From: Candidatus Eiseniibacteriota bacterium
GTDB taxonomy: Bacteria > Eisenbacteria > RBG-16-71-46 > SZUA-252
NCBI GenBank assembly: GCA_963703225.1
Contig: OY969801.1
Coordinates: 128,001 to 192,000, forward strand
DNA: 64,000 bases
Reading direction: 5' to 3'
Shown piece after piece: positions 18,783 through 27,276 of this stretch; positions within the stretch are counted from its first letter, which is position 1; each line of letters starts with the position of its first letter. The notes beneath the pieces were generated by a model that saw only the letters and a list, made by a program, of their open reading frames with translations, was not told where the DNA came from and ran no database searches. The position numbers were made by a program, and so were the translations under genes.

Positions 18783-19202
18783 ATGGAGAACATCTTGTTT
18801 CCCTTTACGCTGGCCATACCCATCATCGCGATCGTCGGCGGCATCAGCGTCGCGATCGTGCGGCTCCTCACCCAAGCTCGCCTGGAAGAGCTGGCGCGCC
18901 GCGAGCGGATCGCCGCGATCGAGCGGGGGATTCCCCCCGAAAAGCTGCCCCCGTTAGCTGGGCCCTCGCATGAGTTCTACCCCCTTGGAGACAGCCGGCT
19001 TCGGCGCGCGCACAGCCTCCTGATCGGCGGGCTGATCCTCGTCGCCTGCGGGATCGGTATTGGGATCATGATGATGACCTTCGACTCGGACAAAAGCCGT
19101 GGAGTGGTGGGCCTTCTGCCGATGCTCGTGGGGGTGGCGCTCCTCGTCAGCTCGACGATCGTCTGGCCGCGCGATAGCGGCGCCAACCCGCCCCGCAGCT
19201 AG
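18783..19202 (+). CDS. Small membrane protein, DUF6249-like
   Basis: TM helix, then ERIAAIERG, then two TM helices; divergent from the ECF sigma; GGGAG SD. Confidence 0.7.
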   Translation: MENILFPFTLAIPIIAIVGGISVAIVRLLTQARLEELARRERIAAIERGIPPEKLPPLAGPSHEFYPLGDSRLRRAHSLLIGGLILVACGIGIGIMMMTFDSDKSRGVVGLLPMLVGVALLVSSTIVWPRDSGANPPRS

Positions 19203-19226
19203 GCGCCCGCCTCGCCGCCACCGCGC

Positions 19227-20057
19227 CTACTGCACCTCGACCAGCCGCCGCCTCAGGTCGGGGCTCAACGAGCCGACGAACACCTCTTCCACGGGGCCCG
19301 TCATGATGATCGATAGGTCGTCCGCGACCTCGACGTCAAGCTGCCCCCCCTCCATGATCACCGTCACGTGGGGACCCACGAGGCCCCGATCGAAGCAGGC
19401 GGCCGCCACCGCGCAGGCGCTGGTGCCCGAAGCGAGCGTGTGGCCGGCGCCGCGCTCCCAGACCAGGGCGCGGATGCGCTCCCTCGACTCGGGGGCGGCG
19501 AGCTGGACGTTGATCCGCCCGGGAAAGCGGGCGTGGTTTTCGACCAGCGGACCGATCGTAAAAAGGCGGTCGCGCGTGTGGGGCTGGCCAAAGACCACGC
19601 AGTGGGGATTGCCGACCGAGACGATCGTGACGTCGAGCCGGCTTCCTTGCGCGTCGATGGATTTGACGGCGCGGTCGATCGACGCCCGCCCCATCTCCAA
19701 TCGCACCGAGTGGACGCGGCCCCCGTCCTTGTAGACCTCGGTTCGCACCGGCCCTGCCGGCGTTTCGATCGAGAACGACTGCTCGATCGTGTAATCGTGG
19801 TCGCTCAAGAATTTGGCCGCGATGCGAAGTCCGTTCCCGCTCCGCTCCGCCTGCGAGCCGTCGGGATTCCAGATCTTCACCAAGAAGCGGTCGTCGGTCG
19901 CGGCCACCTCGAGCACGCCGTCAGACCCGAGCCCCAGATGCCGGTGGCAGAGGAGGCGGACGCGCTCCGGCGTGAGCGGAATCCCAAACCGGGCCGAGTC
20001 GATGACGATGTAGTCGTTTCCCAGCCCGTGTGACTTGACGAAATCAGCGTCGAGCAT
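19227..20057 (-). CDS. dapF: Diaminopimelate epimerase family protein (both catalytic Cys replaced by Ser)
   Basis: KSHGLGNDY, GSDG, NPDGS, VGNPHCV, INVQ, VWERGAG; but AERSGNG and TLASGTS. Confidence 0.85.
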   Translation of the reverse strand: MLDADFVKSHGLGNDYIVIDSARFGIPLTPERVRLLCHRHLGLGSDGVLEVAATDDRFLVKIWNPDGSQAERSGNGLRIAAKFLSDHDYTIEQSFSIETPAGPVRTEVYKDGGRVHSVRLEMGRASIDRAVKSIDAQGSRLDVTIVSVGNPHCVVFGQPHTRDRLFTIGPLVENHARFPGRINVQLAAPESRERIRALVWERGAGHTLASGTSACAVAAACFDRGLVGPHVTVIMEGGQLDVEVADDLSIIMTGPVEEVFVGSLSPDLRRRLVEVQ

Positions 20058-20688
20058 GATCGGCCTCCAGGCCCGCGGCGCCGAGCGCCTCCGCGACGCC
20101 GTCGCGCCCTGCCCACGGGGCGCAGCGCTCGATCGTCTCCCTCACGCCGGCTCGAGTTCCCCCTACGTGTACCGCCCCTATGGCGTGGGACCGCAGCTGG
20201 CGCCACATGCGGGTCACGGTGAGGATCGCGATCACCGCATATTCCCGGTCCACGGCGCCGAGGGCGGGCCGGGAGAGCGTCTTGCCATAGCCCTCGAGGA
20301 TCATCGACGATGTCAGGTCCGGCGAGAGCGACCGCATGGTCTCCATGAGCTTCTCGTAGTTTCGCCCGTAGACCCTGCGACAGAGCGATTCGCCATCGCG
20401 CTGCCAAGCGCCCGTATCGACCGGTGCCGCGTTCTTGGGTATCGCGCCAGTCCTCTCCAGCGTGGATCGCGCGGCGAAGAGCGCTTCGATGGCGCGAGGA
20501 AATCCGACAAAGAGGTAGCTCTGAAGAATGGTTTCGTAGAGCGCGGGGGGCGGGAGACCGGCCTCAACGGCCGCGCCCGATTCCCGTTCCACGGAGGCGG
20601 CGTCGGCCGAGGCAATGGCGGCCGACAGCGTGACCAGCGCCCTCTGTGCGGCCGTGAGCGCTTGATCGGACCCCCGCGCGTCGCGCAT
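20044..20688 (-). CDS. Carboxymuconolactone decarboxylase / AhpD-like family protein
   Basis: LFVGFPRAIEA, YGKTLSRPAL..DRE, QLRSHAIGA; no CxxC. Confidence 0.78.
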   Translation of the reverse strand: MRDARGSDQALTAAQRALVTLSAAIASADAASVERESGAAVEAGLPPPALYETILQSYLFVGFPRAIEALFAARSTLERTGAIPKNAAPVDTGAWQRDGESLCRRVYGRNYEKLMETMRSLSPDLTSSMILEGYGKTLSRPALGAVDREYAVIAILTVTRMWRQLRSHAIGAVHVGGTRAGVRETIERCAPWAGRDGVAEALGAAGLEADHARR

Positions 20689-20699
20689 CCTCGCAGCGT

Positions 20700-21875
20700 A
20701 TGAGCCTGGGCCACGTGTGTCAATCGGCGGCGACCTGGATCGTGGCGCTTGTCGCGCTCGCGTGGGTCTGGGCCGGTGTTCTGTTGGCGCTCGTCCGCCG
20801 GCGAATTCCGAGCTTGGGGGATGAGGAATCCCTCCCCGGCCCGTCGCTCCCCTCGCTCACCATCATCGCGGCCGCGCGGGACGAGGCGGCGCGGGTCGAC
20901 GGGGCGGTTCGTTCGCTCCTGGCGCAGGACTACCCGGAGCTCCGGGTCATCGCCGTGGATGACCGCTCCGTCGACGGGACCGGGACGATCCTCGACCGCG
21001 TGGCCGCCCAAGAGCCGCGGCTTCGCGTGATCCACGTCGACTCGCTCCCCGAGGGCTGGCTGGGGAAGTGTCACGCGCTGGCCTTGGCCGCCGCCGAGGC
21101 GAAGACGGAGTGGCTCCTCTTCACCGACGGGGACGTGACGTTCGCGCCTGATGCCGCGCGCCGGGCCGTGTCGCTCGCGCTCCGAGAGGGGGCCGACCAT
21201 GTCGCCGTGCCGCCGGAGTTGATCGTCGAAGGAATCGGGGAAGCCGCGTTCACGGGTTATTTCGTCGTCATGTTCCACCTGAGCCAGCAGCCCTGGCGCG
21301 CCCGCGAGCCTGGGGACCAATCATCGATCGGAATCGGCGCGTTCAACCTCGTGCGTCGCGCATCGTACGAGCGCTCGGGAGGGCATGAGGCGATCCGCTA
21401 CGAGCTGATCGACGACTTGGCGCTGGGGAGAAGTCTCAAGCGGAGCGGCGCGCGACAGGTCTACGCCCTCGACGGAGGCCGAGTCCGGGCGCGGTGGCAG
21501 GTCGGGGTTCGGGGGCTGATCCGCGGGGTGGAGAAGAATGCGTTCGCGGCCTTTCGATACAGGGCGGGTTTGGGACTCCTCGCGGTCGCGTCACAGCTCG
21601 CGGTCTCGCAGGCACCGCTCGTCGGCCTGTTCCTGCCCGGTATCGCGCCGAAGATCGCGGCGGCCGCGGCCTGGGTCGGCGTGGCGGGCGCCTACGCGGC
21701 GAGTTACTGGGGCAAGCGCCACCGATGGCTTCAGGCCGCGTTGATGCCGCTGGGAGGCGCCCTCTTCACCTACGCGATCGCCCGATCGATCGTGCTCGCG
21801 CTCGCGCGGCGCGGTGTCTACTGGAGGGGGACGTTTTATCCGCTCGACCGGCTCAAGGAGGGGACGCATTCGTAA
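20700..21875 (+). CDS. Membrane glycosyltransferase family 2 (HpnB/CrtQ-like)
   Basis: AARDE, VDDRSVDGT, GWLGKCHAL, FTDGD, IDDLALG; N- and C-terminal TM segments. Confidence 0.88.
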   Translation: MSLGHVCQSAATWIVALVALAWVWAGVLLALVRRRIPSLGDEESLPGPSLPSLTIIAAARDEAARVDGAVRSLLAQDYPELRVIAVDDRSVDGTGTILDRVAAQEPRLRVIHVDSLPEGWLGKCHALALAAAEAKTEWLLFTDGDVTFAPDAARRAVSLALREGADHVAVPPELIVEGIGEAAFTGYFVVMFHLSQQPWRAREPGDQSSIGIGAFNLVRRASYERSGGHEAIRYELIDDLALGRSLKRSGARQVYALDGGRVRARWQVGVRGLIRGVEKNAFAAFRYRAGLGLLAVASQLAVSQAPLVGLFLPGIAPKIAAAAAWVGVAGAYAASYWGKRHRWLQAALMPLGGALFTYAIARSIVLALARRGVYWRGTFYPLDRLKEGTHS

Positions 21876-21910
21876 AAAAAGTACCCCCGCGAGCGTCCTG
21901 CCCGCGGGGG
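21874..21910 (-). terminator. Rho-independent terminator
   Basis: Minus strand reads CCCCCGCGGGC-AGGAC-GCTCGCGGGGG-TAC-TTTTTTT: an 11-bp stem (one G-U pair) plus a T7 tract. Confidence 0.8.
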
Positions 21911-21975
21911 CGATCGTCGCGTATCACGTGGGGGGTCAGGGCATATCGATACGCGACGTAAGCCTGAGTGGTGTC

Positions 21976-22038
21976 TTAGGTCAAGAGCGGCAAGGCCAGG
22001 AACAGGCAGGCTGCCGCGAGGCCCAACTTCCTCAACAT
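21976..22038 (-). CDS. 20-aa hydrophobic micropeptide MLRKLGLAAACLFLALPLLT
   Basis: Manual translation; GGAGG SD 8 nt upstream (22051-22047); lies between a sigma54-type promoter and a terminator. Confidence 0.55.
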   Translation of the reverse strand: MLRKLGLAAACLFLALPLLT

Positions 22039-22095
22039 CTCCGCATCCTCCGGGCTGCACCGAGTGTCGGCACGCCCCCCTGCGCGAAATCGCCC

Positions 22096-22110
22096 GCATA
22101 GCATGTGCCA
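22096..22110 (-). promoter_or_regulatory. Sigma54 (-24/-12) promoter
   Basis: TGGCAC-ATGCT-ATGC with exact GG-N10-GC spacing; AT-rich IHF-like site TAACATATTGGAA at 22140-22152 upstream. Confidence 0.65.
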
Positions 22111-22253
22111 CGGCCTCCCCGGCCCCCACGGGCATGCCGTAACATATTGGAAAACAGTCGTTTGGCGATTCGATCGTCAGGCGGACCGGAGGAGCGTCTC
22201 CCGGGGAATCCGGACAGGCGGGTACAGACTCGTACGACGAGGTACGAGGCGGG

Positions 22254-23442
22254 CTACGGGTCGGCTGGTTGGGAATTCAGCGCACCGACGCTCCTCAAAA
22301 AGAGTTCCGCCAACTCGCGCTCGATCTTCTCGAGCGCTTCGCCGGTCGGGAAGCGGATCGCGGTGCCCGCCGGAAGCGGCACGCCCCATTCGGCGAGCGG
22401 CACGCCCAGGGCCTTCGTGAAGGTGCCCGAGGGCGTCACCCACGGCGCCATCGGCCAGATTTCGGCGCCCTCGGAGCCCGACTTGGCGCTCCGAATCTCC
22501 GCCTGGATCGCGGGGTGGTGGATGTTCATCCGATCCCAGAGGAATTGCTCGGCCATCTCGATCTTCGCGCTCGGGGCCAGCGCCTCGGCCCTCCGCGCCA
22601 CGTCGGCAGGATCCATGTTCTCCGCCGTCTCGATGACGATCCACGCCTGCGGACGATCGGGGTGCCGCACCGGGGGCCGGATCACCTGGCCCCGAGGGTC
22701 GAAGAGCGCGGCGCGGAGCTTTGCCTCGCCTTCTCCCGGGACCGCTTGCGGATCGTCGAACGTCTCCTCCAGAAAATCGAGCGGCCCCGCCTGATCGGCC
22801 AGCTTGCGGAGCAGCTCGAAATCGAGCGGCCGCGGGCCGTACGCTTCCTCCTTGAGCTGCGCCACGAGCTGATCGCGGATCGCGAATGCGTTCGCGCCCT
22901 CACCCCGCACCGCCAGGACCACGCGGCCGCGCGCGCCCAGGAAGACACGACGCCTCCGCGGCGCGGACGGCAAGATTCGGGGCCAGAACGCGACCGGAGC
23001 CTGAAGGGAGCCGCCGGTGTGCGCGGAGGCACTCCGAAAGCGGGAGCGAGCCCTGCGTGGCGGCCGGGGCCACGATGACCGCGGCGGGCGCGACCCCGCC
23101 CGCGCGCAGGGCGCCGATGGCGCCCACGGTCGCTAAGAGAGCCAGCCGCTCGGCGCCTTCGACCGCCGCCGGGAAGACGGGATGGGCCTCGGCGTGCCAG
23201 CTGGCGAAGACGGTCAGGACAGGCGCGGCTCCACCCGGAGGAAGAAGGAGGAACGTTGGCACAACCGATTCAACTACAGTGAGTTCCAGGCCAATGGCTG
23301 ACGCGGCGGCGGTCAGGGTCTTCCGTGCCGCGGCGGCCGAGAGCTGAGGAATGGTCTCCCGAGGCAGAGACATAAGCTCTTGAAACAATGCGAGATGGGC
23401 CTCAGCCTCGAACCGAAGCTGGGCCAATTCCACGGGATTCAC
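22254..23442 (-). CDS. Degenerate M20/M25/M40 metallopeptidase-like protein (frameshift near 23012)
   Basis: Joined frames give ...PVLTVFASWHAE...GSLPLSECLRAHR.SLQAPVAFW...VFLGARG...; order and spacing resemble M20 peptidases but the metal ligands are missing. Confidence 0.5.
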
Positions 23443-23617
23443 GCGAAAATTCCCCGGAAGAAGGCCATTGCCGGGGCAGCATACCTCATCCATTCCATTG
23501 AAATGACGTGCTTTGTCCTTGACACCCCGTTTCGAGCAGGGGGACTATCGATTCGGAGGCGGTGCCTGGTTTTCGGGCCGCTTCGAGGGTTTCTGTGTGG
23601 AGGGGAGGAGTCGGGTC

Positions 23618-23809
23618 ATGGAAGCCAAGTTTCCCGAGTGCCGAAAGTGCTCCGCGGGAGTCTTGATCCCACTTTCGGACTACGGCAGGGACGGCGCCCC
23701 GATCACCTACAAGGCCTGGGTCTGCACCAACCCCACCTGCGGCTTCAACGTTCGCATCGACAACGGTGAGATCAGCCTGGGCCGATCGATAGGGCCGTCG
23801 AGCAAGTAG
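23618..23809 (+). CDS. Small zinc-ribbon protein (63 aa)
   Basis: CRKC...CTNPTC; strong GGAGGAG SD; typical codon usage. Confidence 0.75.
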   Translation: MEAKFPECRKCSAGVLIPLSDYGRDGAPITYKAWVCTNPTCGFNVRIDNGEISLGRSIGPSSK

Positions 23810-23918
23810 ATCGGTTGGACGTCCTCGCCGGCGCCCGGCGAGGGACGAGCAACGCCGATGTAGGTGCGATCCACGCGGGACGCCCTGCGTCGGCGTTTTC
23901 TGCTCCGGGGTATTCGAC

Positions 23919-24605
23919 ATGATCCGAGCCATCATCTTCGATCTCGACAACACGCTCACCGACTTCATGAAGATGAAGCGGGCGGCCATCGACGCCGCGG
24001 TGGACGGGATGCTGGATGCCGGCCTCACGCTCCCCCGCGAGGAGGTCTCCGCCCAGATCTATCAGGTCTACGATCGCGAAGGGATCGAGTACCAGCAGGT
24101 CTTCGACATTTTCCTCAAAGAGGTGCTCGGCCGGATCGACTACAAGATTCTCTCCAGCGCCATCGTCGCCTACCGGCGCGCGCGGGAGTCCTACCTGGTT
24201 CTCTATCCCCACGTGAACATCACCCTGCTCGAGCTCCTGAAGCGGGGGCTTCGGCTGGCGGTCGTCTCGGATGCGCCCCGGCTCCAGGCCTGGATGCGTC
24301 TCGCCCACCTTCAGCTCCACCACCTCTTCGAGACCGTGGTCGCCTTCGAGGATACCGGCGAGCGGAAGCCGAGCCCCAAGCCGTTTCAGCGCGCGATCGA
24401 GATCCTCGCGATCACGCCCCAGGAAGCAATCATGATCGGTGACTGGCCCGAGCGGGACGTCGTGGGCGCCGCCAAGGTCGGGATCCGGACGGCCTTCGCG
24501 CGCTACGGCGACACCTTCGGCACCAAGGACTCGGGCGCCGACTTCGACCTGAACGATATCTACGAGCTGGTCGGGATCGTCGATCGGCTCAACGGCCGAG
24601 ACTAG
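23919..24605 (+). CDS. HAD-IA family hydrolase
   Basis: FDLDNTL, VVSD, KP, MIGDWPERDV. Confidence 0.9.
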   Translation: MIRAIIFDLDNTLTDFMKMKRAAIDAAVDGMLDAGLTLPREEVSAQIYQVYDREGIEYQQVFDIFLKEVLGRIDYKILSSAIVAYRRARESYLVLYPHVNITLLELLKRGLRLAVVSDAPRLQAWMRLAHLQLHHLFETVVAFEDTGERKPSPKPFQRAIEILAITPQEAIMIGDWPERDVVGAAKVGIRTAFARYGDTFGTKDSGADFDLNDIYELVGIVDRLNGRD

Positions 24606-24617
24606 GGCGCCGGCCGC

Positions 24618-24977
24618 ATGGTCTCCGTGGGCGTCGACATCGTCGAGGTCGAGCGGGTGGAACGCGCCATTGACCGCTGGGGCGCGCGCTTCCTCGACCG
24701 CATCTTCACAGCCGAAGAGATTCGCTACTGCCGCGGCCGCGCCCGGGAGGCGGAGTCCTTCGCCGTTCGCTTCGCCGCCAAGGAAGCCTTCGCCAAGGCG
24801 CTCAAGGTGGGAAGGGTCTCCATCTGGCGCGAGGTCGAGGTGGTCCGCGGCGAGGGCCCCCGGCCCTCGGTGCAGCTCCATGGTGGCGCGCGTGTTCTCG
24901 TCGGCAAGCGTCGGGTCGATCTCTCCCTCTCCCACGCCGCGACCCACGCCGTCGCGGTCGTCCTGATCGAGGACTGA
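24618..24977 (+). CDS. acpS: Holo-[acyl-carrier-protein] synthase
   Basis: GVDIVE, RFAAKEAFAKA, LSLSH. Confidence 0.95.
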   Translation: MVSVGVDIVEVERVERAIDRWGARFLDRIFTAEEIRYCRGRAREAESFAVRFAAKEAFAKALKVGRVSIWREVEVVRGEGPRPSVQLHGGARVLVGKRRVDLSLSHAATHAVAVVLIED

Positions 24978-24978
24978 C

Positions 24979-26589
24979 GTGCGCCCGCCTCCCGCCCTTT
25001 CGCGCGTCGTCACCGCCGAGGAGATGGCGGCGTTCGACCGCGAGGCGACGCGCGGGGGGAAGATCACCTCGCTTTCCCTCATGGAGCGCGCCGGCAAAGA
25101 GACGGCGCGCGCGATCGCCGCGTGGTGGAAGAAGGCCGTACCCGCGGCACCTCCAGGAGGGCCGGCGCTGATCCTCTGCGGGCGCGGGAACAACGGAGGC
25201 GACGGCCTGGTGGCGGCGCGCTTTCTGAAGTCCGCGGGGTTCGTCGTGCGGGCGATCGTCGCGTCCGACGAAGATTCGCTCTCCGCGGACGCGCGGACCC
25301 AGTACACCGCCTGCGTCAAGGCGCGCGTGCCGGTCACGTTTCTTCCGGATCCAAGAGCCTGGGGGCCGGGGAGCGAGGCGGCCGACGCCGTCCAGCGGGC
25401 CGCATTTCTGGTCGACGCCCTGCTCGGCACCGGAAGCAAGGGAGCGCCGCGCGGTCCCGTGGCCGCCGCGATCGAGCTGGCCCTCGCGAGCGAGAAGCCG
25501 ATTGCCGCCATCGATCTCCCCTCGGGAGTCGACGCCACCACCGGCCACGCCGAAAGCCCCTCCATCCGCGCCGACCTCACGGTGACCCTGGCGCTCTCCA
25601 AGGTCGGGCTCGTGGTCGAGCCGGGGCGGGAGCACGCGGGCGCGGTGCAGGTGGTCGATATCGGCATTCCCTTGGACGTCATCGCGGCGGCCCGCCCGAG
25701 CATCCTCACCGCCAGCGCGTCGTGGGTAAGGTCGCTTCTGCCTCGCCGCCCCTCTCAAGCCCACAAGGGCTCGGTGGGGCGTGTGCTCATCGTCGGCGGG
25801 AGCGCCGGCATGATGGGCGCCATGGCGCTCGCCTCTCAGTCGGTCCTCCGGGTTGGGGCCGGGTATGCCGTGGCGGCCGTTCCCGAGAGCGGCGTCGACA
25901 TTCTCGAGTCGCGGGTTTCCGAGGTGGTCAAGCGCGGGTTCGCCGAGACCGAGCGGCGGTCTCTGGCGGCCGCGGCCTTGAACGACATCCTCATGGAAGC
26001 GATGAGGGCCGACGTGGTCGCGATCGGGCCGGGACTCTCGCGGGACCACGAAGCCGAGGAGCTGGCGCGCGCGCTGATCGAGCGCGTCGACGCGCCGATC
26101 GTGCTCGACGCGGACGGGCTCAATGCCTTCGAGGGGCGCCCGCTCAAGAGGCAGCACGGCCCGCTGATCGTGACGCCCCACTACGGCGAGGCGGCGCGGC
26201 TCGCGGGGAAATCGGTGGCCGAGGTCTCGCGGGATCCTGTCGGCTGGGCGCGCTCGTTCGCCGAGGCGAGCGGGGCGATCGTCTGCCTCAAGTCGACTCC
26301 CATGGTGACGGCGGCGAGGGGCGAGCCGGCGATCTTGAACGCGACCGGAAACCCCGGCATGGCGACCGCGGGTGCGGGGGACGTGCTCACGGGAGCGATC
26401 GCCGGGCTTCTGGCTCAGGGAATGGATCCCATCGAGGCGGCCGCGTCCGGCTGCTTCGTCCACGGGCTGGCCGGGGATATCGCGGCGCGCCGCATGGGCC
26501 GGCGCGGAATGATCGCGGGAGACATACGGGATTCGCTTCCCGCCGCGCTCGTCGCCCTGGAGAGCGGAGCGCTCGATGAATCCGAGTAG
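24979..26589 (+). CDS. nnr: Bifunctional NAD(P)H-hydrate epimerase/dehydratase
   Basis: LMERAG, GNNGGDG, DALLGTG, IDLPSG, HKGSVG, LDADGLN, TPHYGE, AGAGDVLTG. Confidence 0.93.
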   Translation: MRPPPALSRVVTAEEMAAFDREATRGGKITSLSLMERAGKETARAIAAWWKKAVPAAPPGGPALILCGRGNNGGDGLVAARFLKSAGFVVRAIVASDEDSLSADARTQYTACVKARVPVTFLPDPRAWGPGSEAADAVQRAAFLVDALLGTGSKGAPRGPVAAAIELALASEKPIAAIDLPSGVDATTGHAESPSIRADLTVTLALSKVGLVVEPGREHAGAVQVVDIGIPLDVIAAARPSILTASASWVRSLLPRRPSQAHKGSVGRVLIVGGSAGMMGAMALASQSVLRVGAGYAVAAVPESGVDILESRVSEVVKRGFAETERRSLAAAALNDILMEAMRADVVAIGPGLSRDHEAEELARALIERVDAPIVLDADGLNAFEGRPLKRQHGPLIVTPHYGEAARLAGKSVAEVSRDPVGWARSFAEASGAIVCLKSTPMVTAARGEPAILNATGNPGMATAGAGDVLTGAIAGLLAQGMDPIEAAASGCFVHGLAGDIAARRMGRRGMIAGDIRDSLPAALVALESGALDESE

Positions 26590-27262
26590 CCGAGGGCCCG
26601 ACGAGCCCGACGGGGAGCGGCCCAAGCGCCGAATCGGCCGGGGCCTGCGAAAGGCGAATGCGACCGCCCGGCTTCAGGGAGTGCGGATCGCGCTCTGCCA
26701 CGAATTGATCCGCGCGGGGCGGGTCTTGAGCCGCCGCGGAATGATCGTTGCGACCGAGGGAAACCTGAGCGCGCGATTCAACTCGGACCGGCTGATCATC
26801 ACGCGCCACAACCGCCGAAAAGGGGAGCTCACCACCCGCGATTTCGTGGAGCTGGGCATTCTGGAAGTGGGGGATTCGCCCGCGCGGCGGGAGGCTTCCG
26901 CCGAGCATCGGATGCACATGGTCGCCTACGCGGCGCGCCGGGACGTGGAGGCCCTTCTCCACGCTCATCCAGTCGCGCTCACGGCCTTCGCGGTGCGGGG
27001 CACGGCGCCCGACTTCTCCCGGTTCGACGAGGCGCGCGCCTTGGTCGGTCCCGTGGGCTTTGTCCCCCATTACCCCTCGGGGAGCGAGGCGCTCGCCGAG
27101 GCGGTCGCGGCGGCGCTGGACGTGCGCGAGCGGCCGAATATCCTGGTCCTGGGGCGGCACGGCGCGCTCGCGGTGGGTGCCGGCGTGGACGACGCTCTGG
27201 CCAAATTCGAGATCGCGGAACATCTCGCCGCGGCGCTTCTGGCCGCGGAGGGCCTCCGGTAG
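26576..27262 (+). CDS. Class II aldolase/adducin family protein
   Basis: EGNLSAR, SAEHRMH, HAHP, RHG zinc-ligand motifs. Confidence 0.88.
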   Translation: MNPSSRGPDEPDGERPKRRIGRGLRKANATARLQGVRIALCHELIRAGRVLSRRGMIVATEGNLSARFNSDRLIITRHNRRKGELTTRDFVELGILEVGDSPARREASAEHRMHMVAYAARRDVEALLHAHPVALTAFAVRGTAPDFSRFDEARALVGPVGFVPHYPSGSEALAEAVAAALDVRERPNILVLGRHGALAVGAGVDDALAKFEIAEHLAAALLAAEGLR

Positions 27263-27276
27263 CGGACCAGTTTTGG

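Noticed and set aside
21930..22030. Possible SRP/6S/other housekeeping ncRNA on the plus strand
   Set aside because: Lacks the SRP core motif; promoter, SD and terminator all point to a minus-strand unit.
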